Shown: piece after piece, positions 1-7,328 of the stretch
Numbering within the stretch: the first letter of the stretch is position 1
Layout: every line of letters begins with the position of its first letter
Assembly (NCBI GenBank): GCA_001430755.1
Contig: CP013062.1
Coordinates: forward strand, 750,001 to 782,000
Direction: 5' to 3'
Length of the DNA: 32,000 nucleotides
Source: Candidatus Peribacter riflensis
GTDB taxonomy: Bacteria; Patescibacteriota; Gracilibacteria; Peribacterales; Peribacteraceae
The notes under the pieces: generated by a model
Told to the model about the DNA's origin: nothing
The model's input: the letters and a program-made list of their open reading frames with translations, nothing else
Database searches by the model: none
Translations under genes and position numbers: made by a program

Positions 1-1286
1 TCATCCCGGTAATTGAGATCCATGGATGTCTGACGCGCAATCACCATGACGGATACGCCCGGCTGCCCACACCGGACGGTGTCGCTGAGCGAAACAGGAA
101 TAGAAAATATGCGTAATCCGCGGGATTCGAGATCCCCGATGCGGCAGGTGATGGAACGCCCCGATGTCACGCATCCCTCGACGGCGCCAAAGGTGATTTC
201 GCTCGCCGTGGAGCCATAAGACATCGAAAACATCACGTCTTTCGCCGTGCCGGGACCGGAGTTCCTGATCCACATTCGCAAAACGGCAGAGCCCTCTCTC
301 GGAGTACGGTAATAATTACTCGAGGGAACACTGAGATCCGCTTCCACGTGGCAACGATCACTGCAACCATCTTTTGGAGTGGTATTGGCATCATCACACT
401 GTTCTCCAAGCTGCAGAATGCCATCCCCGCAACGTGGGAGCGCACACGTATTCGAACAGGAGTCTTCGTTCACCTCGTTTCCGTCATCGCACTGTTCCGC
501 AGCCTGCCGAATGCCATCCCCGCAACGGGCGGCGATGCAAACATTGGAACAGGTATCGGTATCGATCTGATTGCCATCATCGCACTGTTCCCCTGCCTGC
601 AGAATGCTGTCCCCGCAACGGGGGGCGGCACAGGCGTTGGTACATGCATCATCATCGACCTGATTCCCATCGTCGCACTGTTCCGTCAATTGCACCAGAC
701 TGTCGCCGCAACGCGCACGAAGGCAGGTGTTGGAACAAGCGTCATTGTTCACCTGATTGCCGTCATCGCACTGCTCCGTCAGTTGTGTGATGCCATCTCC
801 ACAGCGCGTGCACACGAGCGGATCTGTCTGTGTCGTGGCGCCCGCTCCCGAAACAGTCACCTGAAAGCTCACAGACGGCTGAGCACAGGAGAATGTTGCA
901 GGAATCCGATAACTCGCAATGACGGTTTTTTCTTTTCCGGCATCAATGCGAAGCGCGCTGCAGTACAACATGCCGTTCGCCCAGGACCAGCACGTACTGC
1001 CCCAACCCGTCGCACCCTGATACACAAAAGAGTTTGGTACACGCGCCACAACAGTCGCCGAACCTAAGCGGTTCGTGATATTTTTCACCTTCACTTCGTA
1101 ACGGACCAGCGCGCCGGGGGCAATCGTGACCGGCTCCAATTTGGTGACCGTCACCCGAAAGATCACTCCCTGAATCGTCGCTGCCCTCAGCGCCGCATCC
1201 GAATGCACCCTCGTTGCGAGCCACGAGCAGAGTGCAAAGACCACGAGCAGCGAAATGGTGCGCCACGATAGTGATGTGTGCTTCAT
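1..1286 (-). CDS. Secreted cysteine-rich repeat protein, N-terminal ~428 codons only. The C-terminus lies beyond the window start, and the gene is absent from the ORF track because it has no in-window stop.
   Basis: I translated the minus strand by hand. The frame is open from ATG at 1286..1284 to the window edge, with no tta/cta/tca triplets in that frame in the stretches I checked. The N-terminus MKHTSLSWRTISLLVVFALCSWLATRVHS looks like a signal peptide. It is followed by five tandem 31-aa units of the form CGD[GS]x5EQCDD[GA]Nx5DxC[ST]xxC, which resemble the myxococcal-type cysteine-rich repeat (DUF4215-like) family. These units are flanked by beta-rich DUF11-like segments. Confidence 0.8.
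   Translation of the reverse strand, partial: MKHTSLSWRTISLLVVFALCSWLATRVHSDAALRAATIQGVIFRVTVTKLEPVTIAPGALVRYEVKVKNITNRLGSATVVARVPNSFVYQGATGWGSTCWSWANGMLYCSALRIDAGKEKTVIASYRIPATFSCAQPSVSFQVTVSGAGATTQTDPLVCTRCGDGITQLTEQCDDGNQVNNDACSNTCLRARCGDSLVQLTEQCDDGNQVDDDACTNACAAPRCGDSILQAGEQCDDGNQIDTDTCSNVCIAARCGDGIRQAAEQCDDGNEVNEDSCSNTCALPRCGDGILQLGEQCDDANTTPKDGCSDRCHVEADLSVPSSNYYRTPREGSAVLRMWIRNSGPGTAKDVMFSMSYGSTASEITFGAVEGCVTSGRSITCRIGDLESRGLRIFSIPVSLSDTVRCGQPGVSVMVIARQTSMDLNYRD
344..811 (-). repeat. Five tandem 93-nt coding repeats (31-aa Cys-rich modules) inside the edge gene
   Basis: The repeated peptide units are CGDGITQLTEQCDDGNQVNNDACSNTC, CGDSLVQLTEQCDDGNQVDDDACTNAC, CGDSILQAGEQCDDGNQIDTDTCSNVC, CGDGIRQAAEQCDDGNEVNEDSCSNTC and CGDGILQLGEQCDDANTTPKDGCSDRC. 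On the + strand the repeat shows as recurring gcactgttc...ccccgcaacg blocks. Confidence 0.8.
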
Positions 1287-1381
1287 GTTGGTGTGTGGAG
1301 GTTCTGTCTATTATTATACAAAAAAATGTCACACATATCAAGTAACCCCGTGTTGCCAATGACTACACAAAAAACCAACTG

Positions 1382-1390
1382 TGCTACAGT
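1382..1390 (+). promoter_or_regulatory. Extended -10 promoter TGcTACAGT, 8 nt upstream of ATG 1399
   Basis: The sequence is tgctacagt-gcccccgc-ATG. The same TGCTAYAMT-N6-8-ATG layout recurs at hrcA, ruvA, the purP-like gene and the zinc-ribbon gene. Confidence 0.5.
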
Positions 1391-1398
1391 GCCCCCGC

Positions 1399-2787
1399 AT
1401 GTTCTGTCAGCTCCTCCGTTCCTGGCCCCGCACCATTCTGTTGTGCACGTTACTCCTTGCGAGTGTGCCAGCCGTCGCCCAGAGCGACATTCAGAGAGAC
1501 GTTTCGCGACTGCAGTGGCGTTTCGACAGCCTGCTCAAGGCAAAAACTCCCCAGGCCGTCGATCCCATTCAACAGAACATCGAAGCGGAGCGCGCCGCGA
1601 TTCGGTCAGAATTTGAAAAAGAATTTCAAAAGACCATTAAAGACCTGGAGCAGAACCGGACAGAACCCGCAGATCTCGTGCAGGCTCTCGACCGGCAGCG
1701 CACGATCGTTGATGCCATCAGTCAGCGCATCGACGAGGCAAAGGCGGATCTCGCGCTGCTGGAGAATGAAGAATCTTACTACAAAGATATCCAGAAGAGC
1801 GGCACCGGCTCACTGCCATCGGATCAGATCCTGCTGACCAAATCCTACCCGGAACTCCTGGCCAAGAAGGCCATTATGGAGGAACGCCTCGCTGTACTGC
1901 ACGCATTCCAGAAAACCCAGAACGACCGGCTGAATACCCTGAAGCAGGAAGAGCAGGTCCGGGATATCGGCGTGCTCTTCAATATCCTCACGTACCTTGC
2001 CATATTCTTCGTGGTCTTCTGGGTAGAGCGCCTCGTCAGAAACCTCCTGCTGAATCATATCCGCTACCGACGCCTGCGCTACGCCACCACAAAGGTCTTC
2101 ACTTTCGTCGTGTACATCACGCTCAGCTTCTGGTTCGTCCAACGCATCTTCTCTGAGCATCCGGGCCTCTCGACCATCATCGCCCTTGTAGGCGCCGCCA
2201 TGATCATTGTCATGCAGGACGTCATCAAAGGCGCCGTCGGGTGGTTCAGCCTGAAGAATTCCGTCTCCATCGGTCAGCGCGTGGCCATCGGAGATATGGT
2301 GGGTGATGTGATCGACGTGGGCATGTTGTACACCACCCTCATCGTTTCCCGCTCGGGCAATGACGATCCCATGGGCCAGGTGGGCAACATCGTCCGCGTC
2401 CCCAACCAGAAGATCCTCACGGATCCGTTCGTGAACTTCCACTCCACTTCGGACTTCGAGAACGTTGAGATCCCTATTCGCCTGCGCCAACTGGAGCAGA
2501 GCGAGAAGGCGAAGAGCATTCTGGAGGACATTCTGGAAAAGGAGACGGGTGACTTCGCCACCCAGGCCCAGCGCCAGATGGATCGCCGCATGCGCGGGTA
2601 CTACGTCTCGCAGATCTCCCCTGCCGCGCGCGTCTACATGGAAGTCACCGCAGAAGGAGGAGTCGAATTCCGCCTGTGTTTCCCCGCCCCCATCGGCAGG
2701 CGCCGCGCAGTGATCACACAGATCACGCAGGAGATCCTCAGACAATTCGGGGAGGCGCACATCGAACTCCCGGCACCGAAGGCCTGA
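1399..2787 (+). CDS. MscS-family mechanosensitive ion channel with a long N-terminal extracytoplasmic coiled-coil region
   Basis: This is the tracked ORF 1381..2787. The tracked start is GTG, and I prefer ATG 1399 because of the promoter just upstream. Hydrophobic helices (LTYLAIFFVVFWVE, FTFVVYITLSFWFV, IIALVGAAMIIVMQDVIKG) are followed by an MscS beta-domain-like sequence: SIGQRVAIGDMVGDVIDVGMLYTTLIV...IVRVPNQKILTDPFVNF. Confidence 0.85.
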   Translation: MFCQLLRSWPRTILLCTLLLASVPAVAQSDIQRDVSRLQWRFDSLLKAKTPQAVDPIQQNIEAERAAIRSEFEKEFQKTIKDLEQNRTEPADLVQALDRQRTIVDAISQRIDEAKADLALLENEESYYKDIQKSGTGSLPSDQILLTKSYPELLAKKAIMEERLAVLHAFQKTQNDRLNTLKQEEQVRDIGVLFNILTYLAIFFVVFWVERLVRNLLLNHIRYRRLRYATTKVFTFVVYITLSFWFVQRIFSEHPGLSTIIALVGAAMIIVMQDVIKGAVGWFSLKNSVSIGQRVAIGDMVGDVIDVGMLYTTLIVSRSGNDDPMGQVGNIVRVPNQKILTDPFVNFHSTSDFENVEIPIRLRQLEQSEKAKSILEDILEKETGDFATQAQRQMDRRMRGYYVSQISPAARVYMEVTAEGGVEFRLCFPAPIGRRRAVITQITQEILRQFGEAHIELPAPKA

Positions 2788-2850
2788 AATGTCAGTCATA
2801 GTTGTCTCATAGAAAGTGAAGTGAAGTTCACTGAGGAGTGATGCCAGTTC

Positions 2851-2890
2851 ATTGGCTTACAGAAGCCAATTCTTAACTCTTTTTCTTGTT
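2851..2890 (+). terminator. Probable intrinsic terminator of the MscS-family gene
   Basis: A 7-bp stem attggct/agccaat with loop tacaga is followed by the T-rich tail tcttaactctttttcttgtt. Confidence 0.5.
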
Positions 2891-2941
2891 CAATAAATGT
2901 GATCAATACTATGAAATAAAGGATACGACCAGTGGAAGAGT

Positions 2942-2969
2942 TTGCCCAGAGAACTTTGCGCGGTACAAT
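2942..2969 (+). promoter_or_regulatory. Orphan sigma70-like promoter TTGCCC-N16-TACAAT firing rightward into a region with no ORF
   Basis: The sequence is ttgccc agagaactttgcgcgg tacaat. It lies in a low-GC patch, and the only nearby ATG (2968) overlaps the -10 hexamer. Confidence 0.4.
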
Positions 2970-2975
2970 GGCCAG

Positions 2976-3545
2976 ATTTGCCAATCAAGCAAATCAAGGC
3001 CTGCGGCCTCGTCCCTTCCAAGACAAACACACACAGCTCCACCCCGTCCCGCACCTTGCGGGGCGGGGCAGGAGCCCCCCGCCCCTTCACATCACGGAAG
3101 AAACGCAGAGAGAATGGTGGTCACGCACGAGCGCACCGCGCCCCTCCCATTCACCCATCCCCATTGGAACACATGGGCATAGGAGCGCCCTCCCCCGCTC
3201 ACTGTTGACCACTTCGCTTCGTTCCTGGAATCGCTCCGGATCAGAGGCACCGTGACTACCATCCTCTCTGCTGTGCAATGTCGCCCACCGGTCTTCAGGA
3301 ACCGGGTGGACGCGCCCCCCTCCACTCCCCATGGATCCCTCCGCATTTGCGAGGTCTAAAGATCCTGTTCCGGGGACCTCGACTGGTCACGAGGAGAAAC
3401 AAGGACCACAGCACGGCAGAAAGATGAAGGTCTCCTCCCTTCGCTTTTCTCCCTCTTTACGCTCGTGAAGCAGATTCCTTGCCTCCGATAGCGGAAGAGG
3501 GAAACACCCACACAAAAAGGCCGGACTTCGTTCCGGTCTTTTTTT
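2976..3545 (+). ncRNA. Candidate long non-coding transcript, class unknown, bounded by a promoter and a terminator
   Basis: No ORF here has protein-like composition; the tracked 80-107 aa ORFs are P/R/H/S-rich and overlap in several frames. The region is C-rich with poly-C tracts. It contains an 11-bp hairpin at 3042..3068 (ccccgtcccgc/gcggggcgggg) and a further gaggtc/gacctc stem at 3351..3380. It ends at a hairpin plus T7. Confidence 0.3.
3514..3545. terminator. Bidirectional intrinsic terminator (A5-hairpin-T7)
   Basis: The sequence is aaaaa-ggccgga-cttcgt-tccggtc-ttttttt. It sits 12 nt downstream of the stop of the minus-strand ATPase gene and at the end of the + strand ORF-less region. 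Confidence 0.75.
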
Positions 3546-3556
3546 GAACGTCCTCC

Positions 3557-6241
3557 TCATGCAGCATTCTTCTTCCGCTCCTGAAGTTCCTGTAGTGCCT
3601 TGCTCAGGGCGGGCACTCCCCCGCTCGCTTCGAGTTTTTTTGCGAGATCTTTGTAGGTCTTCTCTTCGTCCGCCGTGAAGGCCTCGCCCAGAATCTGCTT
3701 CTTGCGGAGCGCATTGAACTCATTGCTCCACATTTCCCGGTCGCGCCATGCGCGGTACTCTTTAAGGCTCATTCCCTTCTTCTTGGCCTTCTTGATCTCT
3801 TCTTCCTCTTTCTCTTTGGCCTTCTCGCCCACCTTGGCCTGTGTGGCAGCCTCGAAAGAACCGGCCGCCCACTTGGAAATTTTCTCTTCGACCACCGATC
3901 TCTTCTCGGTATAGCGCTCACGCGAGAGCTTGAAGAGAATCTCCATGCGCTTCGCGTCGTGCTCCACGTGCGGGTCCGGGAGTGTAGTGACGGAGAAAGG
4001 CTTACTGGGCACGCCATCGATCATGAGCCGGACATACGCATGATACTTGGGCAAGCTGAGAATATCCTTGGGCATGGCCAGTTCCTCGAACTGCAAACTC
4101 AAATCCTCCGCATCATCCGATCCCACCTGAAAACAGAAGATGGAGCCCACGTTGCCGAAGACCGCATCCTTGAGCGTCGTTTTTCCTTCGCCAACGAGCA
4201 GCTGCGCCACGTACTGGTTGGCCATGGTCAGGTTCAGACGGTACTTGCGCGCTTCAGAGAGGATGGTAGCGAAAGACTCTGTGGCGAAATTCTGGAACTC
4301 ATCCACGTAGAGGTAGAAATCTTTGCGCTCTGCCTCGGGAACGTCGGCACGGCTCATGGCATCGATCTGGAACTTGGTGACGAGCATGGAACCGAGGAAG
4401 GCGGATGTATCTTCGCCCAACTTTCCCTTACTCAGGTTCACAATGACGATCTTGCCCGTATCCATCGCATGGCGGATGTCGAGGCCATTCTTCACCTGCC
4501 CCACGATGTTGCGGATGAGCGGAGTCGAGAGCAGCTGGCCCACCTTGTTCTGGATCGCTGCCGTAGCTTCGGTGCGGTACTTTTCGTTCCATGTGGCGTA
4601 CTCCTGCTCCCAGAAGCTCTTCACCATGGGATCCGTGACGCGCGCGACGACCTTCTTGCGGTACACATCATCGGCAAACATGCGCATGATGCCGAGCATC
4701 GAAGACCCTTGGAATTCCAGCAGCGCGAGGAGTGTGTTGCGTAGAATGTGCTCCATGCGGCCGCTGAACATCCCCGGCCACAACTTGGTGAAGACGCTCA
4801 TGAGGCCCGATGCCACGAGCACGCGGTGATCGGGATTGGGACAATCCAACACGTTGAAGGAAATTGGATAGTCACGATCGGACGGATCGAAAATCACCAC
4901 ATCATTGCTCCGGTGCTTGGGCACGAACTCCAGGATCGCCTCGGCCAAATCGCCGTGCGGATCGATGACACCCACTCCCTTCCCCGCCTGGATGTCGGAG
5001 AAAATCATGTTCTCGAGAAGGGTGGATTTTCCCATGCCCGTTTTTCCCAGGATGTACATGTGCCGGCGTCGATCATCCAGACGGATGCCGAATTTCGAAC
5101 GCTGTCCGCGGTACACCGCTTCTCCGAGCACAGTGAGGACATCTTGGGTCTCCGCAATGCCGGGGAGGGGCAGATTCACCGGCGGCTCGAGTTTTTTGCT
5201 GAGCACCCAATCGATATTCGGCGTCTGCACGAGCAGGGTCGGCATGTGCCAGATCGTCGCCACCTCTTCAACGGAAAGAACGAAGGGGCGCGCGACGAAT
5301 CCGAAAGGAAGCACTGCGCCGCTGCGTTCGGGGAGGCCGGCAAATTCATTGCTGTGCGGCAGCGAGAACTGGCGGAAGCTGCTCACAATCTCGCGGACTT
5401 TGCGCCCGGCTTCTACGGATTTTCCCTTCGGAGCGATCACCCCCACGCGGATATTGCAGGTGAAGAGCAGACGATTGACCTTGTCGACGGCGCCCGAGAC
5501 CGCGTCTTCGCGATCATGCGTGCGTCCGGCGATACGCTCGCCCTCGCGCTCCTCGTCCTCCTGTGAACGCTCCATAAGATCGGTGGAGGCGGCACGGACT
5601 TTCCGCAGGAGCGGCGATGCCCTCCATCCGCCAAGCAGCAGAGAAAGGGGCCAGTAGGCAAGCCTCCGCCATCCGCGTGCGAGGACGATCCTCGTGTAGA
5701 AATTCGCGTAGCGGCGCGAGAGCGCGGGTAACCCTTTCTGTAGCAGGGGCAGGAAACAGAGCGCCCGCGTGCGGAAGCGCCCGCCCAGAGGCTGCAGGAC
5801 AATCTGAATGTGGCCACGCATGCCCGCGAAGGGATAGCGTGCCAGCGCGGAGGTGACGCCGGCAATCGGATCGATGTTCACCCGGGCGAGCATGTCATCG
5901 AATTGCGGGTGGCGTTTGATGGGGAAAATCTCGGGCGCCTGGAGTGCCAGATCGGCCGAAACAACCTCTTCATCCGCAGAGGCGCTGAAAGGATCTTCGG
6001 TGAGCTCTTCGATGTCGATATCCGGAAACTGGGCATAGAGCTGGCTCTCGACAAGCCCCACGGTCTCTTCGTCGGCACGGACGAACAGGGCGATCTTGCG
6101 GTCGCGGCCGAGACCGATTTCCAGCCCTACGCGCGCCTCGCGACCTTTGAGGGAGTGGAGAGCGGCGAGCATCGATTCCACGTAGAGCGGACCCCGTTCA
6201 TTCTCGAGTGCCGGCCGGACCTTGAGGAAAACAGTCGACAT
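3557..6241 (-). CDS. TrwB/TraD/VirD4-like (type IV coupling protein family) P-loop ATPase with an uncharacterised N-terminal region and a K/E-rich C-terminal tail
   Basis: The 894-aa ORF has Walker A in YILGKTGMGKSTLLENMI followed by GVGVIDPHGDL, and a Walker B region FYLYVDEFQNF followed by SEARKYRLNLTMANQYVAQL. This is the pattern of T4CP-type ATPases. The first ~390 aa carry no motif I recognise. The last ~130 aa are Lys/Glu-rich (KAKEKEEEEIKKAKKK). Confidence 0.8.
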   Translation of the reverse strand: MSTVFLKVRPALENERGPLYVESMLAALHSLKGREARVGLEIGLGRDRKIALFVRADEETVGLVESQLYAQFPDIDIEELTEDPFSASADEEVVSADLALQAPEIFPIKRHPQFDDMLARVNIDPIAGVTSALARYPFAGMRGHIQIVLQPLGGRFRTRALCFLPLLQKGLPALSRRYANFYTRIVLARGWRRLAYWPLSLLLGGWRASPLLRKVRAASTDLMERSQEDEEREGERIAGRTHDREDAVSGAVDKVNRLLFTCNIRVGVIAPKGKSVEAGRKVREIVSSFRQFSLPHSNEFAGLPERSGAVLPFGFVARPFVLSVEEVATIWHMPTLLVQTPNIDWVLSKKLEPPVNLPLPGIAETQDVLTVLGEAVYRGQRSKFGIRLDDRRRHMYILGKTGMGKSTLLENMIFSDIQAGKGVGVIDPHGDLAEAILEFVPKHRSNDVVIFDPSDRDYPISFNVLDCPNPDHRVLVASGLMSVFTKLWPGMFSGRMEHILRNTLLALLEFQGSSMLGIMRMFADDVYRKKVVARVTDPMVKSFWEQEYATWNEKYRTEATAAIQNKVGQLLSTPLIRNIVGQVKNGLDIRHAMDTGKIVIVNLSKGKLGEDTSAFLGSMLVTKFQIDAMSRADVPEAERKDFYLYVDEFQNFATESFATILSEARKYRLNLTMANQYVAQLLVGEGKTTLKDAVFGNVGSIFCFQVGSDDAEDLSLQFEELAMPKDILSLPKYHAYVRLMIDGVPSKPFSVTTLPDPHVEHDAKRMEILFKLSRERYTEKRSVVEEKISKWAAGSFEAATQAKVGEKAKEKEEEEIKKAKKKGMSLKEYRAWRDREMWSNEFNALRKKQILGEAFTADEEKTYKDLAKKLEASGGVPALSKALQELQERKKNAA

Positions 6242-6248
6242 AAAAGAT

Positions 6249-6959
6249 TTAGTGTGAGCGGAGCAAATCGGCGATGAGATCGAGGGCGACGGCGTTGTAG
6301 GCGTAGTCCATGCGCATGGGTCCGAGAATCCCGATGATCCCGCCCTCGCCGCGCACCATGTACTTCGTGACCATCAGACTGCAACTCGGAATCTGGGGGA
6401 GGAGGTGTTCGTCACCGATGTAGTAGCGCACCCGCTCATCCACCTCGATGGTGGAAAGCAGCCGGTGCAAATGCTCCTCGAGTACCTCGGCGATGCCGCT
6501 GCCCAGCCGCGGATCCCCCTGAAACTCCGGCTGCTTGAGCACGTTGCTCAGACCCAAATAGTAGACCTGTGGTTTATGCGGCACTTTCGCGAAAGCGACA
6601 TTGGGAATCATATGGGCGAGGAGCGCCACCGCCTCGTACACCCGCTCCTGGTCCTTGCGCTGAAAGTACTGCTCTTTGAGACTCTGAAACCGGCGCCGGA
6701 CGGTGATTTCATGGCGCGTCGGCTCCAGCAGCTCCTGTACGTACATACGGTACCCCTTGGCAGTGGGGATGCGCCCGGCCGACACGTGTGGCTGCTCGAG
6801 GAATCCTTCCTCGGTGAGCCGTGCCATTTCGTTCCGGAGCGTGGCCGAAGAACAGCAGAAATCTCCGCTCTCCAACAGCCGCTTGCTGCCCACCGGAAGC
6901 GCAGATTCGATGAATTGATCGATGATCGCTACCAGGAGCTTGCTCTGTCGCACATCCAT
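6249..6959 (-). CDS. hrcA: Heat-inducible transcription repressor HrcA, short form of 237 aa
   Basis: The N-terminus MDVRQSKLLVAIIDQFIESALPVGSKRLLE...SSATLRNEMARLTEEGFLEQPHVSAGRIPTAKGYRMYV is a typical HrcA winged-helix region. The tracked ORF (to 7124) extends upstream across rpmE. I chose ATG 6959 because it follows the CIRCE element and promoter and gives a canonical N-terminus. Confidence 0.9.
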   Translation of the reverse strand: MDVRQSKLLVAIIDQFIESALPVGSKRLLESGDFCCSSATLRNEMARLTEEGFLEQPHVSAGRIPTAKGYRMYVQELLEPTRHEITVRRRFQSLKEQYFQRKDQERVYEAVALLAHMIPNVAFAKVPHKPQVYYLGLSNVLKQPEFQGDPRLGSGIAEVLEEHLHRLLSTIEVDERVRYYIGDEHLLPQIPSCSLMVTKYMVRGEGGIIGILGPMRMDYAYNAVALDLIADLLRSH

Positions 6960-6965
6960 GCTGAA

Positions 6966-6974
6966 AGTATAGCA
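6966..6974 (-). promoter_or_regulatory. Extended -10 promoter TGcTATACT, 6 nt upstream of the hrcA ATG and overlapping the CIRCE arm
   Basis: The minus strand reads gagTGCTATACTttcagcATG. The TGCTA of the CIRCE right arm doubles as the TGn plus start of the -10. Confidence 0.5.
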
Positions 6975-6995
6975 CTCGCTATGGAGGAGTGCTAC
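6969..6995. promoter_or_regulatory. CIRCE operator (HrcA binding site)
   Basis: The sequence aTAGCACTC-gctatggag-GAGTGCTAc matches the established consensus TTAGCACTC-N9-GAGTGCTAA at 8 of 9 positions per arm with an exact 9-nt spacer. It lies between the rpmE stop (7003) and the hrcA start (6959). Confidence 0.85.
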
Positions 6996-7002
6996 CAGTC
7001 TC

Positions 7003-7227
7003 TCATTTGTCCCCTTTGGTCTTTCCGGCCGCCATGCGCTTGCGGAAGCGCTCAATGCGGCCGCCGCGCGCCTCGCCCTGCTTCTTGCCCGTGTAGACCG
7101 GGTGGCACATTCTGCAGATTTCAACTGTCACCTCTTTCGTGGTGGACGGGATCATAAACACCGCGCCGCAAGCCGTGCAAGTGGCCTTGGCGTCCTGAAA
7201 CATCTGCGGGTGAATGGCCTTCTTCAT
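7003..7227 (-). CDS. rpmE: 50S ribosomal protein L31 (Zn-ribbon type)
   Basis: The sequence is MKKAIHPQMFQDAKATCTACGAVFMIPSTTKEVTVEICRMCHPVYTGKKQ, with the canonical L31 N-terminus and CxxC...CxxC. Confidence 0.95.
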   Translation of the reverse strand: MKKAIHPQMFQDAKATCTACGAVFMIPSTTKEVTVEICRMCHPVYTGKKQGEARGGRIERFRKRMAAGKTKGDK

Positions 7228-7328
7228 AACGCGGGGAGTCTACAGAAGAGCCCGGTGAGAGCAAGAAAAAAGGGCTCCTGATTGCCAGGGGCACCATCTG
7301 GCCATAGGGGATGAAAGTAAACCCCTCC

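Noticed and set aside
348-1067. 239-aa + strand ORF and overlapping 138-aa, 63-aa and 66-aa ORFs
   Set aside because: They are antisense or off-frame shadows of the minus-strand Cys-rich repeat gene. Their periodic IPAT/ALF sequence is just the reverse-complement reading of the CGDG...EQCDDGN repeats.
1810-2799. 329-aa minus-strand ORF
   Set aside because: It is antisense to the well-supported MscS-family gene. Its Asp/Glu/His/Leu-rich composition is typical of GC-rich antisense frames.
3100-3556. Possible RNase P RNA (gagcgcaccgcgc on the + strand; gaacgaagtccggcc on the minus strand, resembling GAGGAAAGUCCGGGC)
   Set aside because: The short matches are on opposite strands. The second is simply the terminator hairpin. 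The other conserved regions (GGGUGAAA-type and ACAGAAnnCGGCUUA) are absent, so I cannot support an RNase P call.
3959-5657. A series of + strand ORFs of 261, 168, 272 and 250 aa
   Set aside because: All lie antisense to the T4CP-like ATPase gene, overlap each other in different frames and have no motifs.
6960-7124. The 55-codon N-terminal extension of the hrcA ORF as tracked (start at 7124)
   Set aside because: The extension overlaps rpmE and the CIRCE/promoter and is Arg/Ala/Ser-rich. ATG 6959 gives a canonical HrcA N-terminus.
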